Source: Candidatus Micrarchaeota archaeon
Lineage (GTDB): Archaea; Micrarchaeota; Micrarchaeia; Norongarragalinales; SBBD01
Assembly: GCA_043806595.1 (NCBI GenBank)
Contig: JAZDGU010000041.1
Coordinates: 1 to 16,470, forward strand
Length of the DNA: 16,470 bases
Direction: 5' to 3'
Shown here one piece after another: positions 1 to 8,908 of the stretch. A program made the translations under genes and the position numbers. A model generated the notes under the pieces. That model searched no databases and was not told where the DNA came from. It worked only from the letters and a program-made list of their open reading frames with translations. Every line of letters begins with the position of its first letter. Positions within the stretch are counted from its first letter, which is position 1.

Positions 1-21
1 GAGCGCGAGCGGCTTCTTCAT
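1..21 (-). CDS. 5' end of a gene running off the window (MKKPLAL...), possibly a signal peptide
   Basis: Minus-strand ATG at 21 reads MKKPLAL to the edge; TTTTATA TATA-like box on the minus strand at ~58-64. Only 7 codons visible. Confidence 0.4.
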
Positions 22-99
22 TCAAAACCCACCTGGATAAGCGTTTGGACCGGGAAGTATAAAAGCGCTGTGTTTGAGGTAAAATCAGCCAAAATCTTT

Positions 100-148
100 G
101 GGGAAGGAAAAAAAAAGAGAAAAAGAAGGGAAAAAGAAAAAAGGGGGT
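100..148 (-). terminator. Oligo-T/pyrimidine-rich archaeal-type terminator after the pilin gene
   Basis: Minus strand reads CCCCCTTTTTCTTTTTCCCTTCTTTTCTCTTTTTTTTTCCTTCCCC just after the pilin stop codon (157). Confidence 0.7.
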
Positions 149-156
149 TGAGCGCT

Positions 157-612
157 TTACTCAACCTTTCCGCGGATGAACCCGCCGGTGTCCGTGTGCG
201 CCAAGAGCGACTGCGAGTCGATGTACGATATGGTCACGCCAAAGTCGTACGCGGCTCCCGCAGTCAGGCCGTTGCTGACATCGGACGAGCAGGTCACCGT
301 AACCAGCCCGTTGGGCGCAATCGTCGTAGGCAGATTGCCGTTGCAATCTACTCCGTTGACCTTCGCTGCGGTCACGTTGATCTGCCTTCCGACGGCGTTG
401 CCGACCTTAACGGTGGCAAACGGGTCCGCAGTCGTCACGGTGTGGTCGCTGTAGGTGAACACACCAAAGCCACCGCCGCTCTTCCCTCCGCCCGCGATCT
501 TGGACGGGTTGAATACTCCCGTATACCACAGTACCGCGGCAATGATCACGATTGCCAGAATAGCCCAGCCGTATGTGACCAGGTATTCCAACGCGGATTG
601 TCCTCTCTTCAT
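157..612 (-). CDS. Archaeal type IV pilin-like protein with class III signal peptide
   Basis: MKRG|QSALEYLVTYGWAILAIVIIAAVLW: basic residues plus G, then Q(+1), E(+5) and a hydrophobic helix (PibD/FlaK-type site). Beta-rich C-domain with a Cys pair. AGGTGA SD upstream of ATG 612; TTTAAA box ~666-673. Confidence 0.88.
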   Translation of the reverse strand: MKRGQSALEYLVTYGWAILAIVIIAAVLWYTGVFNPSKIAGGGKSGGGFGVFTYSDHTVTTADPFATVKVGNAVGRQINVTAAKVNGVDCNGNLPTTIAPNGLVTVTCSSDVSNGLTAGAAYDFGVTISYIDSQSLLAHTDTGGFIRGKVE

Positions 613-788
613 CAAATCACCTGCTCAGGTAGGTTTGAAACCTGTTAAAGAGTAACTGCGGGTGGTTTTTAAAGATTTCCCTCGAGGGGCAATTGGCCGG
701 GCCGGGGGCCGGGGGTGCCGAAAAACGGCCGGAGAGCTCGGATTCCGAAGCGATAGTATTTTAATCGCCTGCGGGTTAGTAAGCGGGT

Positions 789-2165
789 ATGGCGCTGAAG
801 AGGCTCTCGCCGCCCAAGGGCGATTCGGAGCTGGATGAGGAGAAGCGCGAGATCGGCACGCTGGCAGGCAGCGCCTCCCTCGCCGAGAGCATCCCGTGGG
901 GGCCGGTCATGCTCGGGGTCCTTGCGCTGTTCCTGCTTACCATATTCGACGCGGACATCCAGAGGCAGGTGTTCGGAGGCTCCGGCGGCGGCTACTGCGG
1001 CGACGGAATCTGCAATCCTACGGAGTCAACATACTCGTGCCCCGCGGACTGCCTGCGGGAACCGCTGGCTACGCTGACGCCGGAGCCCACGGAGGCGTTT
1101 TCGACACCCGAGCCCAAGCGCTATGAGCTGAAAAACGCGGGCAGCAGGCTGGGCTTCTCGAACGTCGAATACTTCGAGGTGGCCGGCGGAGGGCTCGCGG
1201 AGGCCGCGCCGGACTGGATTGCCATGAAGGTCGGCTTCGACTTCCCCAACGACGAGCCGCTCGCCGCGGTCGAGGAGAAGGGCATCAACGTCCTCGGGCG
1301 GCTCGATTCGGCGCAGGCAACCCTCGCGAAGGCCGAGGAGCTTGCCCGCAGGTATTCTGGAAGGGACGGCGGGCCGGTCATAAAATACTATGAAATCGAC
1401 GGCGCTTCGGCTGCCGGCGTCAAGGCGGCCTACGAGGGCGTGAAGGCGGGCTGCCCGGAATGCAGTCTAGTGGTATCGTTCCCGCTTGGCGGGCTGGAAA
1501 AGATTGAGGAAATTGCGTCGGGCTGCCGCAACGGGTGCTTCGACGCGGTTGGGCTCAAGGCATACGACAAGTCCAACAGAAGCAAGTCTATGTACGTCGG
1601 AATCGGCGGGGAAATGGACAAGATCAGGGGCATCTTCAAGGAATACCGGCTCGAAGGCAAGGAAATCTGGGTGACCGAGCTCGGGTTCTACTCGGGCTCG
1701 CAGGGCGGCACATTCTACCGGACGGACGAGGAACAGGCGGGCGTGCTCATCCGGGGCGTAGTATTTTCCCTGGCGAGCGGCGCTTCAAAGGTGTTCCTCG
1801 GCTACCCCGGCGGGTGCGTGGACACGCAGGATACGTATTATTGCAGCGTCGGCATAACGGGGAGGCCGGCACTGGGATCGTTCAACGCCCTCAAGACCGC
1901 GCTCGACGACTCCGATTACATCGGACAATTCGACTCCGCCGCGTCAAAGAAGGGCTTCGCATTCCAGACGCCCCGAGGAAAAGTGTACGTCGCCTGGAGC
2001 GACGACTTCACGCAGGCCTACGCGAGCACCGGGTTCTCCACTGAAGCGAGCAAAGTCCGGCTCACCGATCTGGTCAGCATGCAGACCGCGGTGCTCAACG
2101 TGACCACGGGCAGGGTGTCTACCGGAATCCGCGAAAACCCCCTCATGTTCGAGGAGATCGGCTGA
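789..2165 (+). CDS. Membrane-anchored clan GH-A (GH39/GH5-like) glycoside hydrolase-like protein with Cys-rich motif
   Basis: TM helix ~aa 37-54; CGDGICNPTESTYSCPADC motif; P/T/E linker; TIM-barrel-like motifs IKYYEI, FDAVGLKAY and IWVTELG (nucleophile). TTTTAAT box ~25 nt upstream suggests a leaderless start. Confidence 0.7.
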   Translation: MALKRLSPPKGDSELDEEKREIGTLAGSASLAESIPWGPVMLGVLALFLLTIFDADIQRQVFGGSGGGYCGDGICNPTESTYSCPADCLREPLATLTPEPTEAFSTPEPKRYELKNAGSRLGFSNVEYFEVAGGGLAEAAPDWIAMKVGFDFPNDEPLAAVEEKGINVLGRLDSAQATLAKAEELARRYSGRDGGPVIKYYEIDGASAAGVKAAYEGVKAGCPECSLVVSFPLGGLEKIEEIASGCRNGCFDAVGLKAYDKSNRSKSMYVGIGGEMDKIRGIFKEYRLEGKEIWVTELGFYSGSQGGTFYRTDEEQAGVLIRGVVFSLASGASKVFLGYPGGCVDTQDTYYCSVGITGRPALGSFNALKTALDDSDYIGQFDSAASKKGFAFQTPRGKVYVAWSDDFTQAYASTGFSTEASKVRLTDLVSMQTAVLNVTTGRVSTGIRENPLMFEEIG

Positions 2166-2181
2166 ACCCCCTCGCACGGCA

Positions 2182-2436
2182 TTACAGCCCGAGGGCTTTC
2201 CTAAGCGCTTTTTCGTCGAAGCCGATGATGACCGTGCCTCCGACGTCGATTATCGGGACGCCGGACTGGCCGCTCTTCTTGAGCAGCTCATCGTAAGCGC
2301 CGCGGTCGGTGGAGACGTCGAAATCCGAGTAGGGGACGCTGTTCGTGCGGAGGAACTCCTTGGCCATCAGGCAGTAGGGGCACGTCGGCGTCGAGTACAG
2401 CAGAACCGCAGGTTTCTTAATGTCCTCACTCGGCAT
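2182..2436 (-). CDS. Glutaredoxin (NrdH/YruB-like)
   Basis: LYSTPTCPYC active site, GQSGVP cis-Pro loop, IIGFD C-terminus. AGGTGA SD favours ATG 2436 over GTG 2445. Confidence 0.92.
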   Translation of the reverse strand: MPSEDIKKPAVLLYSTPTCPYCLMAKEFLRTNSVPYSDFDVSTDRGAYDELLKKSGQSGVPIIDVGGTVIIGFDEKALRKALGL

Positions 2437-2472
2437 GATATTCACCTATGGGAAACCGGGGTCATGGGATTA

Positions 2473-4935
2473 TTACCGGCCGGCACTGCCCTCCAGCGGC
2501 CCGAGCAGGATGGGAGGCGACGGCGGAGGGGAAGACGGCTTGTGCAGGGTCGAAGAATAAAATAGCGCGCCCGCAACGAGGCCCAATGCCGCCAAGCCCG
2601 CCAGCCAGTAGTTGAATGACGATTTGTTCCCCCGGGCATTTGCAACGAGCGCGCCGAGTCGTTCCTTTGCCTTCGCCCAGAGTGCCTTGGCCTCGTCCAA
2701 GCGGCCCTGCCGCTCCAATTCCCGGGCCTGGGAAATGATCTGCTGGACTTGCGTCTTTTCTTCGCTTTGCGGGATTTCGAGCAAGGCTTCTTCGACTTCG
2801 GCGTCGGTCTCGGGCAGATTCACGAATTTCGGCGTCGGACACGGAAGGGGCGCGGTTGGAAGCCCGTGAGACGCGGATGGCATCGGCGTAGGGGTAGGGG
2901 TTCCGTAATAGCCGCCGCCGGAGTACCCGCCGCCTCCACCGCAGGTGTTCGCATGCGAGCAAACGCCAGCAATGCAGGAGTCGGCGGTGCACGGGTTGCC
3001 GTCGTCGCAGGAAACGCCGCAGCACAAGTCGAATTTCAAGCACTCGCCCCACGAGGAGTCCGTGCAGGCCTGCATGCCGTTGCAGCCGCCGACGGTACAA
3101 TTGCGGGTGGAATTATCGGGCGAACACGGTTCGGGAGACGGAGTTGGAGTGACTGATGGAGTCGGCGTCGCCGTCGGAGTCGCGGTCGGCGTTGCAGTGG
3201 GAGTCACGGTCGGCGTTGGGACGGGCGGCGGAGTCGGCGAAGGGGTCGAAGTAGGTGCTCCGGACTGCCGGAATTCGTCGGCGCCGATGTCGAAGCCTGC
3301 GCCCTGCGGCCTGACGTCGCCCTCATAGTCTAAACGCGCCCACGTAGAAGGAGAGCCGGAGTCGCATGCCGCGCTGGCGCAGTCGGGGATTTGCACGTTC
3401 CAAGAGTCGGTGTCGCGCGCGAACCTGCCTCCGGCAATCACGGAAGCGTACGCCGAGTCCACGGTCCGGATGTCGCGGAGGGTCATGCAGTTCGCGATCT
3501 CCCCGGAGGCGCACTTAGTTTGATAGTCGGCGTAGGAATAATACGTGCCATCCCTTCCCGGGGAGATGCAGTGCTCGATCCGCAGCTGCTCGCCGGCATT
3601 GCAGAAGAAAATCGAGTTTTCGATGGTCACCGTCGGCTCGTATTCGCACGACAGCACGCCATAGCCGGCAATATCGATGCTGCAGCCGTCGAAGAGCATG
3701 TTTCGGAACGTCAGGTTGCGGTTCCTCCCGTTGAGAGCCTCCTCGAAGAGGATGCTGTCCTGGACGGTGCCCCCCTCTATGACCAGGTTCGTATCCCCTC
3801 CCCGGAGGTAGAACACGTCCTGGCAGCCGTAAACCACGACGTTCTGGAGGAGCGAGCCGCTCAGGGAGCTCAGTTCGAGGCAGTGGTTGGGCGCTCCGTG
3901 CACGTAAAGGCCGTCGACCGACATGTTCGTGCCGTGAACGAACACCGCGTCGAAGCTGTGGAAGACGGTGACGTTCCTCGCGGAGTTGGAGTCGCCGCTG
4001 AAAGCGAAGCCCGCGCCTCCCGAATTGTTGTACCAGACGTAGTTACCGGAAGCCCGCCGCCAGATGTGGTGGGTAACTGTAATGTTCTCGAAGCGGTTGA
4101 AGGAGCCCGTGCCGTGGAAGCAGCAAGTGTCGGCGATGTTCGAGAAGACGTTGTGCCCTCCTTCGATCCCGAAGGCGCCGTCGCCCGAATATGCTATCGA
4201 GAAGCCGTCGAAAAACGTGTAGCTCGACCGGTATTTGAGGCCCCAGCCGGAATAGCCGACGTAAACGCCCACCGGCGTCGTCGAGGGGTTCCTGTGGCCG
4301 TATGGATGGACGTAGAGTTTGCCGCCTTCGATGAAGAAGCTGCCTTCGAGGCCCGTAACCATCCCGAGGCTCGATGCGTTCGCGAGGTATATCGGACCGT
4401 CCTCCTGACGCAGCGTGAACCTCGAAGGATTCTCATCGTCGTCGACGACGATCGGGTTGAACGAGGTCTGGTATGCGAACGTCGTGTAGTGGAAGGGCCG
4501 GGAGTACGCCGCTTCATATACGTTCGGCCGGCCCGGCGAGGCCTCAAAGTCGGAGTCGGGAAGCTTGTCGAAGATGCCGACGACCACGCGGCCGAGGGCC
4601 TTCCACCTGATGGGCGCCGAAGGCGTTCCGCTGGCGGTGAAATCGAAGTATTCCCCGTATTCCCCCTCCTGCACGAAGACACTGTCCCCGGGCGAGACTG
4701 CCGCGGCCGCGCGGGCCATTGTGCACCAAGGCGTGGCGACGGAATTCTGCGCCTTGGAAAACGAGTCGCTGCATGCGCCGCAAAACGAGTTCCGGTCGAC
4801 GAAGTAGTTGCTCGTGCCAGGCTGCGAGCCGCAGTCGGGAGCCGCCGCAGATAGGAATGCCAGCGACAGCAACACTACCGCCGGCAGCAATACTCGCGGG
4901 ATTGAAACCGTTTGCGGAACCGCTGGGAATCGCAT
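2473..4935 (-). CDS. Large secreted, C-terminally anchored right-handed beta-helix protein with PT linker and Cys-rich repeat
   Basis: Start moved to ATG 4935 (MRFPAV...), 4 nt past the upstream stop. Signal peptide; YFVD...PWCTMARAAAAVSPGDSVFVQEGEY (pectin-lyase-like N-terminus); DYEGDVRPQGAGFDIGADEF (choice-of-anchor Q-like); (PT/AT)n linker; CDDGNPCTADSC; helical stalk; TM YWLAGLAALGLVAGALFY. Confidence 0.8.
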   Translation of the reverse strand: MRFPAVPQTVSIPRVLLPAVVLLSLAFLSAAAPDCGSQPGTSNYFVDRNSFCGACSDSFSKAQNSVATPWCTMARAAAAVSPGDSVFVQEGEYGEYFDFTASGTPSAPIRWKALGRVVVGIFDKLPDSDFEASPGRPNVYEAAYSRPFHYTTFAYQTSFNPIVVDDDENPSRFTLRQEDGPIYLANASSLGMVTGLEGSFFIEGGKLYVHPYGHRNPSTTPVGVYVGYSGWGLKYRSSYTFFDGFSIAYSGDGAFGIEGGHNVFSNIADTCCFHGTGSFNRFENITVTHHIWRRASGNYVWYNNSGGAGFAFSGDSNSARNVTVFHSFDAVFVHGTNMSVDGLYVHGAPNHCLELSSLSGSLLQNVVVYGCQDVFYLRGGDTNLVIEGGTVQDSILFEEALNGRNRNLTFRNMLFDGCSIDIAGYGVLSCEYEPTVTIENSIFFCNAGEQLRIEHCISPGRDGTYYSYADYQTKCASGEIANCMTLRDIRTVDSAYASVIAGGRFARDTDSWNVQIPDCASAACDSGSPSTWARLDYEGDVRPQGAGFDIGADEFRQSGAPTSTPSPTPPPVPTPTVTPTATPTATPTATPTPSVTPTPSPEPCSPDNSTRNCTVGGCNGMQACTDSSWGECLKFDLCCGVSCDDGNPCTADSCIAGVCSHANTCGGGGGYSGGGYYGTPTPTPMPSASHGLPTAPLPCPTPKFVNLPETDAEVEEALLEIPQSEEKTQVQQIISQARELERQGRLDEAKALWAKAKERLGALVANARGNKSSFNYWLAGLAALGLVAGALFYSSTLHKPSSPPPSPPILLGPLEGSAGR
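3136..3256 (-). repeat. Low-complexity Pro/Thr linker (PTATPTATPT...)
   Basis: Imperfect repeats encoding PTSTPSPTPPPVPTPTVTPTATPTATPTATPTPSVTPTPSP. A shorter similar linker lies at ~5350-5420 in the neighbouring gene. Confidence 0.75.
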
Positions 4936-4939
4936 CGCA

Positions 4940-7924
4940 TCAGCCACGGCCGGCACGGGAATGCCGGGATTGCGCCCGCATCCTGCGACGCCGTTTGAGG
5001 AATACCGAGGCGAGGACCGAGAATAGGACCACGCCGGACGCCATGGCAACCGTCCGCCTCAAGGAAAGGTCTTCCCGGGCGGCCCTTGCCTTGCCGTTGA
5101 GGTAGTCGTACGCCTCGTAAGCGGCCAACGCGTCGCCTGATTCCAGCAGGTTCTCCGCATCCGCAGCCTCGGCGCTAATGCTGGACGCGGCCTCCGAGTC
5201 CAGATTCCCGAGCTCTCCGACTTCCGAATCGAACCGGTTCTTCGCCTGCTGCGCGAGGGAGAACAACCCGCTGCTTTCGCCGTCCACCCGGACAGTAGCG
5301 GGCTTGACGACGGACCGGAGAAGGGGGCTCCCTCCGCCGGAAGGCGGCCGCGGAGTCGAAGTCGGAGTCGGCGTGGGAGTCGCGGTCACCGTAGGAGTCG
5401 GGGTCGGAAGGGGCGTGGAAGGCAGGTTCCTGATGCCGTATTGCGGAAGATCGCTTCCGAGTTCGTAGGCGCCGAGGTCGGGTGCAGCTCCGGCAAAGCC
5501 GTCGTTCACGCCGGAAAGCACGATCCCGGCGTCAACTGCAGCTCCGCTGGGGACGAGCCTGAAGTCCGCGGTGCCCGGGAGGTAGGTGTAGCCTTCCCCG
5601 CCGGGGAGATGCGCGCCTTGGAAGACGGAGTAATCGGCGGTGAAACCGTGCTGCTCGTGGCCAGTGGCGAGGAAGAATGCCGCAAGATCCGGATAATTCG
5701 TCCAGCCTCCGCCCGAGTTCCACCGGATGAGGTTGGCGTAGTTGTTCGGGGTTAAGGCATTGTAATCGAAGCGCGTGCGGGGGTGAGGAGCGGTGCCGGT
5801 GTCGAGGCTGAAGCCCGCGAGCGCCGGGTCGCCCATGAAGAGGTTGTTGTAGATGCGCGCGTTCTGCCAGCCGGCGTCGATCTGCCACGCGCCGAGGTGG
5901 GATGCCATAGTGTTATGGAAGGCGTCTATGCCTGCCGGGGAATTGTGCAGCTTCAGCGGATTGTCGGTCGCGATGTTGTAGATGACGTTCCGGAAGATGT
6001 AGTCCGGCCCGCCGTAGAAGGGCTGAGCGCTGATTCCGCTGTGCGCGTTGGTGACGCGGTTCTCGAAGACGCGCACGTTGTGGTAGCAGCCGTCGGTGAC
6101 GATGCCGTCGTCCATGCTGTCCATCAGCTCGTTGTTGTGGAAGTCTATGTCCAAGCATGGCGGGTCGTTGCGGTCGACCGAGCAGTCGGCGCCGACGGTG
6201 TCCGGAACCCCGACTGCGTCCCAGAAGCCGCTCACGTTGTTGAAGGCGACGACCATGCCCCTGCCGTAGACGTTTATACCCGCGAGGGACGACGCGAGTT
6301 GCGTGTCGTAAGGGTACCACTGCTCGTGCCATCCGCGAACGACATTGTCGACTACGAGCCAGTTCCGGTCTACGGAAGTGAGGTAGGAGCCGCCGTATAC
6401 GCCGGCGAATACCCTGCTGATGTTCATGTTGCGGATGACGAGGCCGTCGGCGTCGTCGCCGCGTATCGCGGTCCACGCGTTTCGTATCGTGAAATTCTCG
6501 AGGTAAATGTTACTGACGCCCCGGAGGTCGGTGAAGTTGAGCTCGGGGCCGGAGGGCGAGGCCAGCCCGTCGAGGATTACGGCGTCGCGGTCCACGCCGC
6601 GGAAGACAATCGGGGCCTCGGGCGAGGTCTGCTTGCCCTCGAGCGCACCCGCGAGGTTTATGCCATTCGGGAAAAGATAGAGGCCCTCGTGGAGCAGTAT
6701 GACGTCGCCCGGCTGGGCCGCCTGCGCTGCGGGAACCAGCTGTTCCGCGGAATAGACGTGCCTCACCGACGCCTCAGCCATCCACGGCGGTTCGGAGCGG
6801 GTGGCAAACACCGCGGATTGCACTTCTTGGCCGACGACGCCGTCGGGGTCGCTCAAGACGAAGCGCGCCTCGTATGCGGTGCCGGGTTCGAGGTCCAGCA
6901 GGCTGCCGGCGAAAAGGTTGCCCGCGTTGTATTCCAGGTAATAGCCGGACCGCTCGCCTTTGACTCGGAGCATGTCCTGCGCGTTCCGCCATTCGGGGTC
7001 CGAGGCCTTGCGGTAGCTCACCTGCACCGTGGCGTCATTGTCGTCGTCGCCCTGCACGATCCAGCGGAACCCTGCAGACCTGAGCGTGGGGTCGCCTTGG
7101 ATGAAGGCGCCCGGAGTCACCGCATTGACGGGCTCTGGAGTCGGGGTCGGCGTGGGCTGCTCGGGCTGCATGGAAAAGGTGTAGTTCGCGGGCGCGAAGG
7201 ATTCCTCCCCGCCGATGTTGGAGGCGAGACAGTTCCACTCGTAGCCGCCGTGGGCGAGGCCCGCGAGCGGGAATGCCGCCGAATCCTGCGCACCGGAAAG
7301 CGGGACGGAATCGACGGGATGCCAGTATTCATCCCTCCGAAAGACGAGCTTGTAGGCGCGGCAGTAGCTCGCCACGGCACCCTGCTCGCACCAGAGCCTG
7401 ACCTCGTCGCCCGTGGAAAGCGAAATGCCGGGGAAAGTCGAAACAGCGCCGACGTCGCTTGCGCCGCCCTGCGGAGTCGAGCTGAAGGAACCTACGGTCT
7501 GGCCGTTGACCCTGAGCTGATAGCGGTCGCCGGTCTCGCCGTCGTCGTTCTCGTCAATATAATACACGTCGACGTCGTAAGTGCCGGAGTCGAAGCCGAA
7601 CGTGCCGAAGACGCTGCAGTCGCAGTTGCGGGGATAGCACGGGCCCCTCGCGTGGCGCACGCAGCTGGGGTAGATGTTCAGCCTGCACGGCTCCTCGGGG
7701 ACCATCTGGCCGCTCTGCAGCATGTCCTCCGCGAGCATCTCGGGGGTAAAAGCATAGTACAGCGTCATGGACTCGAGGTCGGGGCTCGATGAGGCGGAGC
7801 ATGCAACTCCGACCTCTTCCCCGAAGTTTGCCGAACGGTCCGGCGGCGCGACGAGCGTCACCGAGGGCGGCGCCGCGGACGCGCACAGCATGAAAGCCGC
7901 CAGCAGAAAAAGGGGGAACCTCAT
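4940..7924 (-). CDS. Large secreted, C-terminally anchored protein: Ig/CBM-like N-region, Fn3-like domain, right-handed beta-helix, PT linker, TM
   Basis: Signal peptide MRFPLFLLAAFMLCASA; DPTLRSAGFRW...GDDDNDATVQVSYRK...FAGSLLDLEPGTAYE (Fn3-like); AQPGDVILLHEGLY followed by N/D-rich beta-helix repeats; APDLGAYE; PT linker; TM followed by KRRRR. Alternative start TTG 7930. Confidence 0.82.
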   Translation of the reverse strand: MRFPLFLLAAFMLCASAAPPSVTLVAPPDRSANFGEEVGVACSASSSPDLESMTLYYAFTPEMLAEDMLQSGQMVPEEPCRLNIYPSCVRHARGPCYPRNCDCSVFGTFGFDSGTYDVDVYYIDENDDGETGDRYQLRVNGQTVGSFSSTPQGGASDVGAVSTFPGISLSTGDEVRLWCEQGAVASYCRAYKLVFRRDEYWHPVDSVPLSGAQDSAAFPLAGLAHGGYEWNCLASNIGGEESFAPANYTFSMQPEQPTPTPTPEPVNAVTPGAFIQGDPTLRSAGFRWIVQGDDDNDATVQVSYRKASDPEWRNAQDMLRVKGERSGYYLEYNAGNLFAGSLLDLEPGTAYEARFVLSDPDGVVGQEVQSAVFATRSEPPWMAEASVRHVYSAEQLVPAAQAAQPGDVILLHEGLYLFPNGINLAGALEGKQTSPEAPIVFRGVDRDAVILDGLASPSGPELNFTDLRGVSNIYLENFTIRNAWTAIRGDDADGLVIRNMNISRVFAGVYGGSYLTSVDRNWLVVDNVVRGWHEQWYPYDTQLASSLAGINVYGRGMVVAFNNVSGFWDAVGVPDTVGADCSVDRNDPPCLDIDFHNNELMDSMDDGIVTDGCYHNVRVFENRVTNAHSGISAQPFYGGPDYIFRNVIYNIATDNPLKLHNSPAGIDAFHNTMASHLGAWQIDAGWQNARIYNNLFMGDPALAGFSLDTGTAPHPRTRFDYNALTPNNYANLIRWNSGGGWTNYPDLAAFFLATGHEQHGFTADYSVFQGAHLPGGEGYTYLPGTADFRLVPSGAAVDAGIVLSGVNDGFAGAAPDLGAYELGSDLPQYGIRNLPSTPLPTPTPTVTATPTPTPTSTPRPPSGGGSPLLRSVVKPATVRVDGESSGLFSLAQQAKNRFDSEVGELGNLDSEAASSISAEAADAENLLESGDALAAYEAYDYLNGKARAAREDLSLRRTVAMASGVVLFSVLASVFLKRRRRMRAQSRHSRAGRG

Positions 7925-7990
7925 TTCCAACGAACACCCACTTCCATTATTGCGATATTAATCGGTGGAAGCGCGGGGTTAATAACGTTT

Positions 7991-8893
7991 TCAGGCCGAA
8001 TCGAACACCGCGGCAAAGACCTCCGGCGGCAGGGCGCCTGAAATCCTGACCGCGGTCCTGCCGTCCTCGGTCTCCAGGAAGGCGATCTGCTGGGCGGACC
8101 TGCCTGCGGCCGCCGCGATGTCCGAAACCTTCTCCTGCGTCAGCCTTGAAGGCAGAAGGACGAGGAACGCGGGGGTGCCGCGCACTTCCGCAGCCTCGCC
8201 GTCGAGGGCGTCGCGCGAAAAGTAATCCGAATAATCCCTTGAATTCAGGCAATCCGAAAAATCGGCCATATCAAGTCCCAAAATCCTTGCGAAGCCTTCG
8301 AGCGCGGGCGCGGAAAGGTTCTGCTGGCCGGCGAACAGCAGGTCGTGCATCCCCCAGAACCTGTCCTGCTCGAAGGCGCACAAGGATGCCTTTGCGGCGG
8401 CGCACGCGTCCGCATGGAACGGCACTTCCAGCAGAGGGTTGCACGCGCTGTCGAGGGGGAACTGCTTGAAGACCAGCCGCACCCTGCCGGATTCGACGTA
8501 AGGCAATATCCCGGGCAGGGACTCGGACACGAAAGTCGCGCAGTAGGGGCACTCGAAGTCGCTGAATTCGACCAGCGATATGCCCGCGGAAGAGTTTCCC
8601 ATGGAAGGCCTTCCTTCAAGCAGCGGCAGGGAGAGCCTCGTGCCGGGAGACGGCGGGGACGACGGAGAAGGCAAGGCGTAACCGGGCGGGGCGCCGGCCG
8701 GAGAATTCAGCGACGAAACCGAGGAAGCGATTTCGGAGAGGCGCAGGCTTGTCTCATGCAGGCCCATTGAAACGTTGCCCGAGACGGAAAGAATCGCCGC
8801 GGAAAGCACGAGCGCGAAGACGATCGCCCCCGCTGCGAGAGCGAAAGCGCCTTCACCAGAATCGCGGCCGGGGGGATGCAAGTCAATTACCAA
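7991..8893 (-). CDS. Membrane-anchored DsbA-family thiol-disulfide oxidoreductase
   Basis: N-terminal TM; LVEFSDFECPYC active site; FPLDSACNP...HADAC insertion; FWGMHDLLF; VRGTPAF cis-Pro loop. Start (TTG) uncertain. Confidence 0.88.
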   Translation of the reverse strand: MVIDLHPPGRDSGEGAFALAAGAIVFALVLSAAILSVSGNVSMGLHETSLRLSEIASSVSSLNSPAGAPPGYALPSPSSPPSPGTRLSLPLLEGRPSMGNSSAGISLVEFSDFECPYCATFVSESLPGILPYVESGRVRLVFKQFPLDSACNPLLEVPFHADACAAAKASLCAFEQDRFWGMHDLLFAGQQNLSAPALEGFARILGLDMADFSDCLNSRDYSDYFSRDALDGEAAEVRGTPAFLVLLPSRLTQEKVSDIAAAAGRSAQQIAFLETEDGRTAVRISGALPPEVFAAVFDSA

Positions 8894-8908
8894 TTGAACC
8901 GCGGAAGA

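Noticed and set aside
70..648. Plus-strand 192-aa ORF over the pilin
   Set aside because: Its Lys/Arg-rich start is the antisense of the poly-T terminator; the minus-strand pilin has a clear signal motif and SD.
3391..7792. Long plus-strand ORFs 3391..4854 and 5783..7792, and similar shadows (8876..9667, 10688..11629, 11142..12095, 12753..13598)
   Set aside because: Antisense or alternative-frame shadows of well-supported genes, expected in high-GC DNA; R/V/A/G-rich with no motifs.
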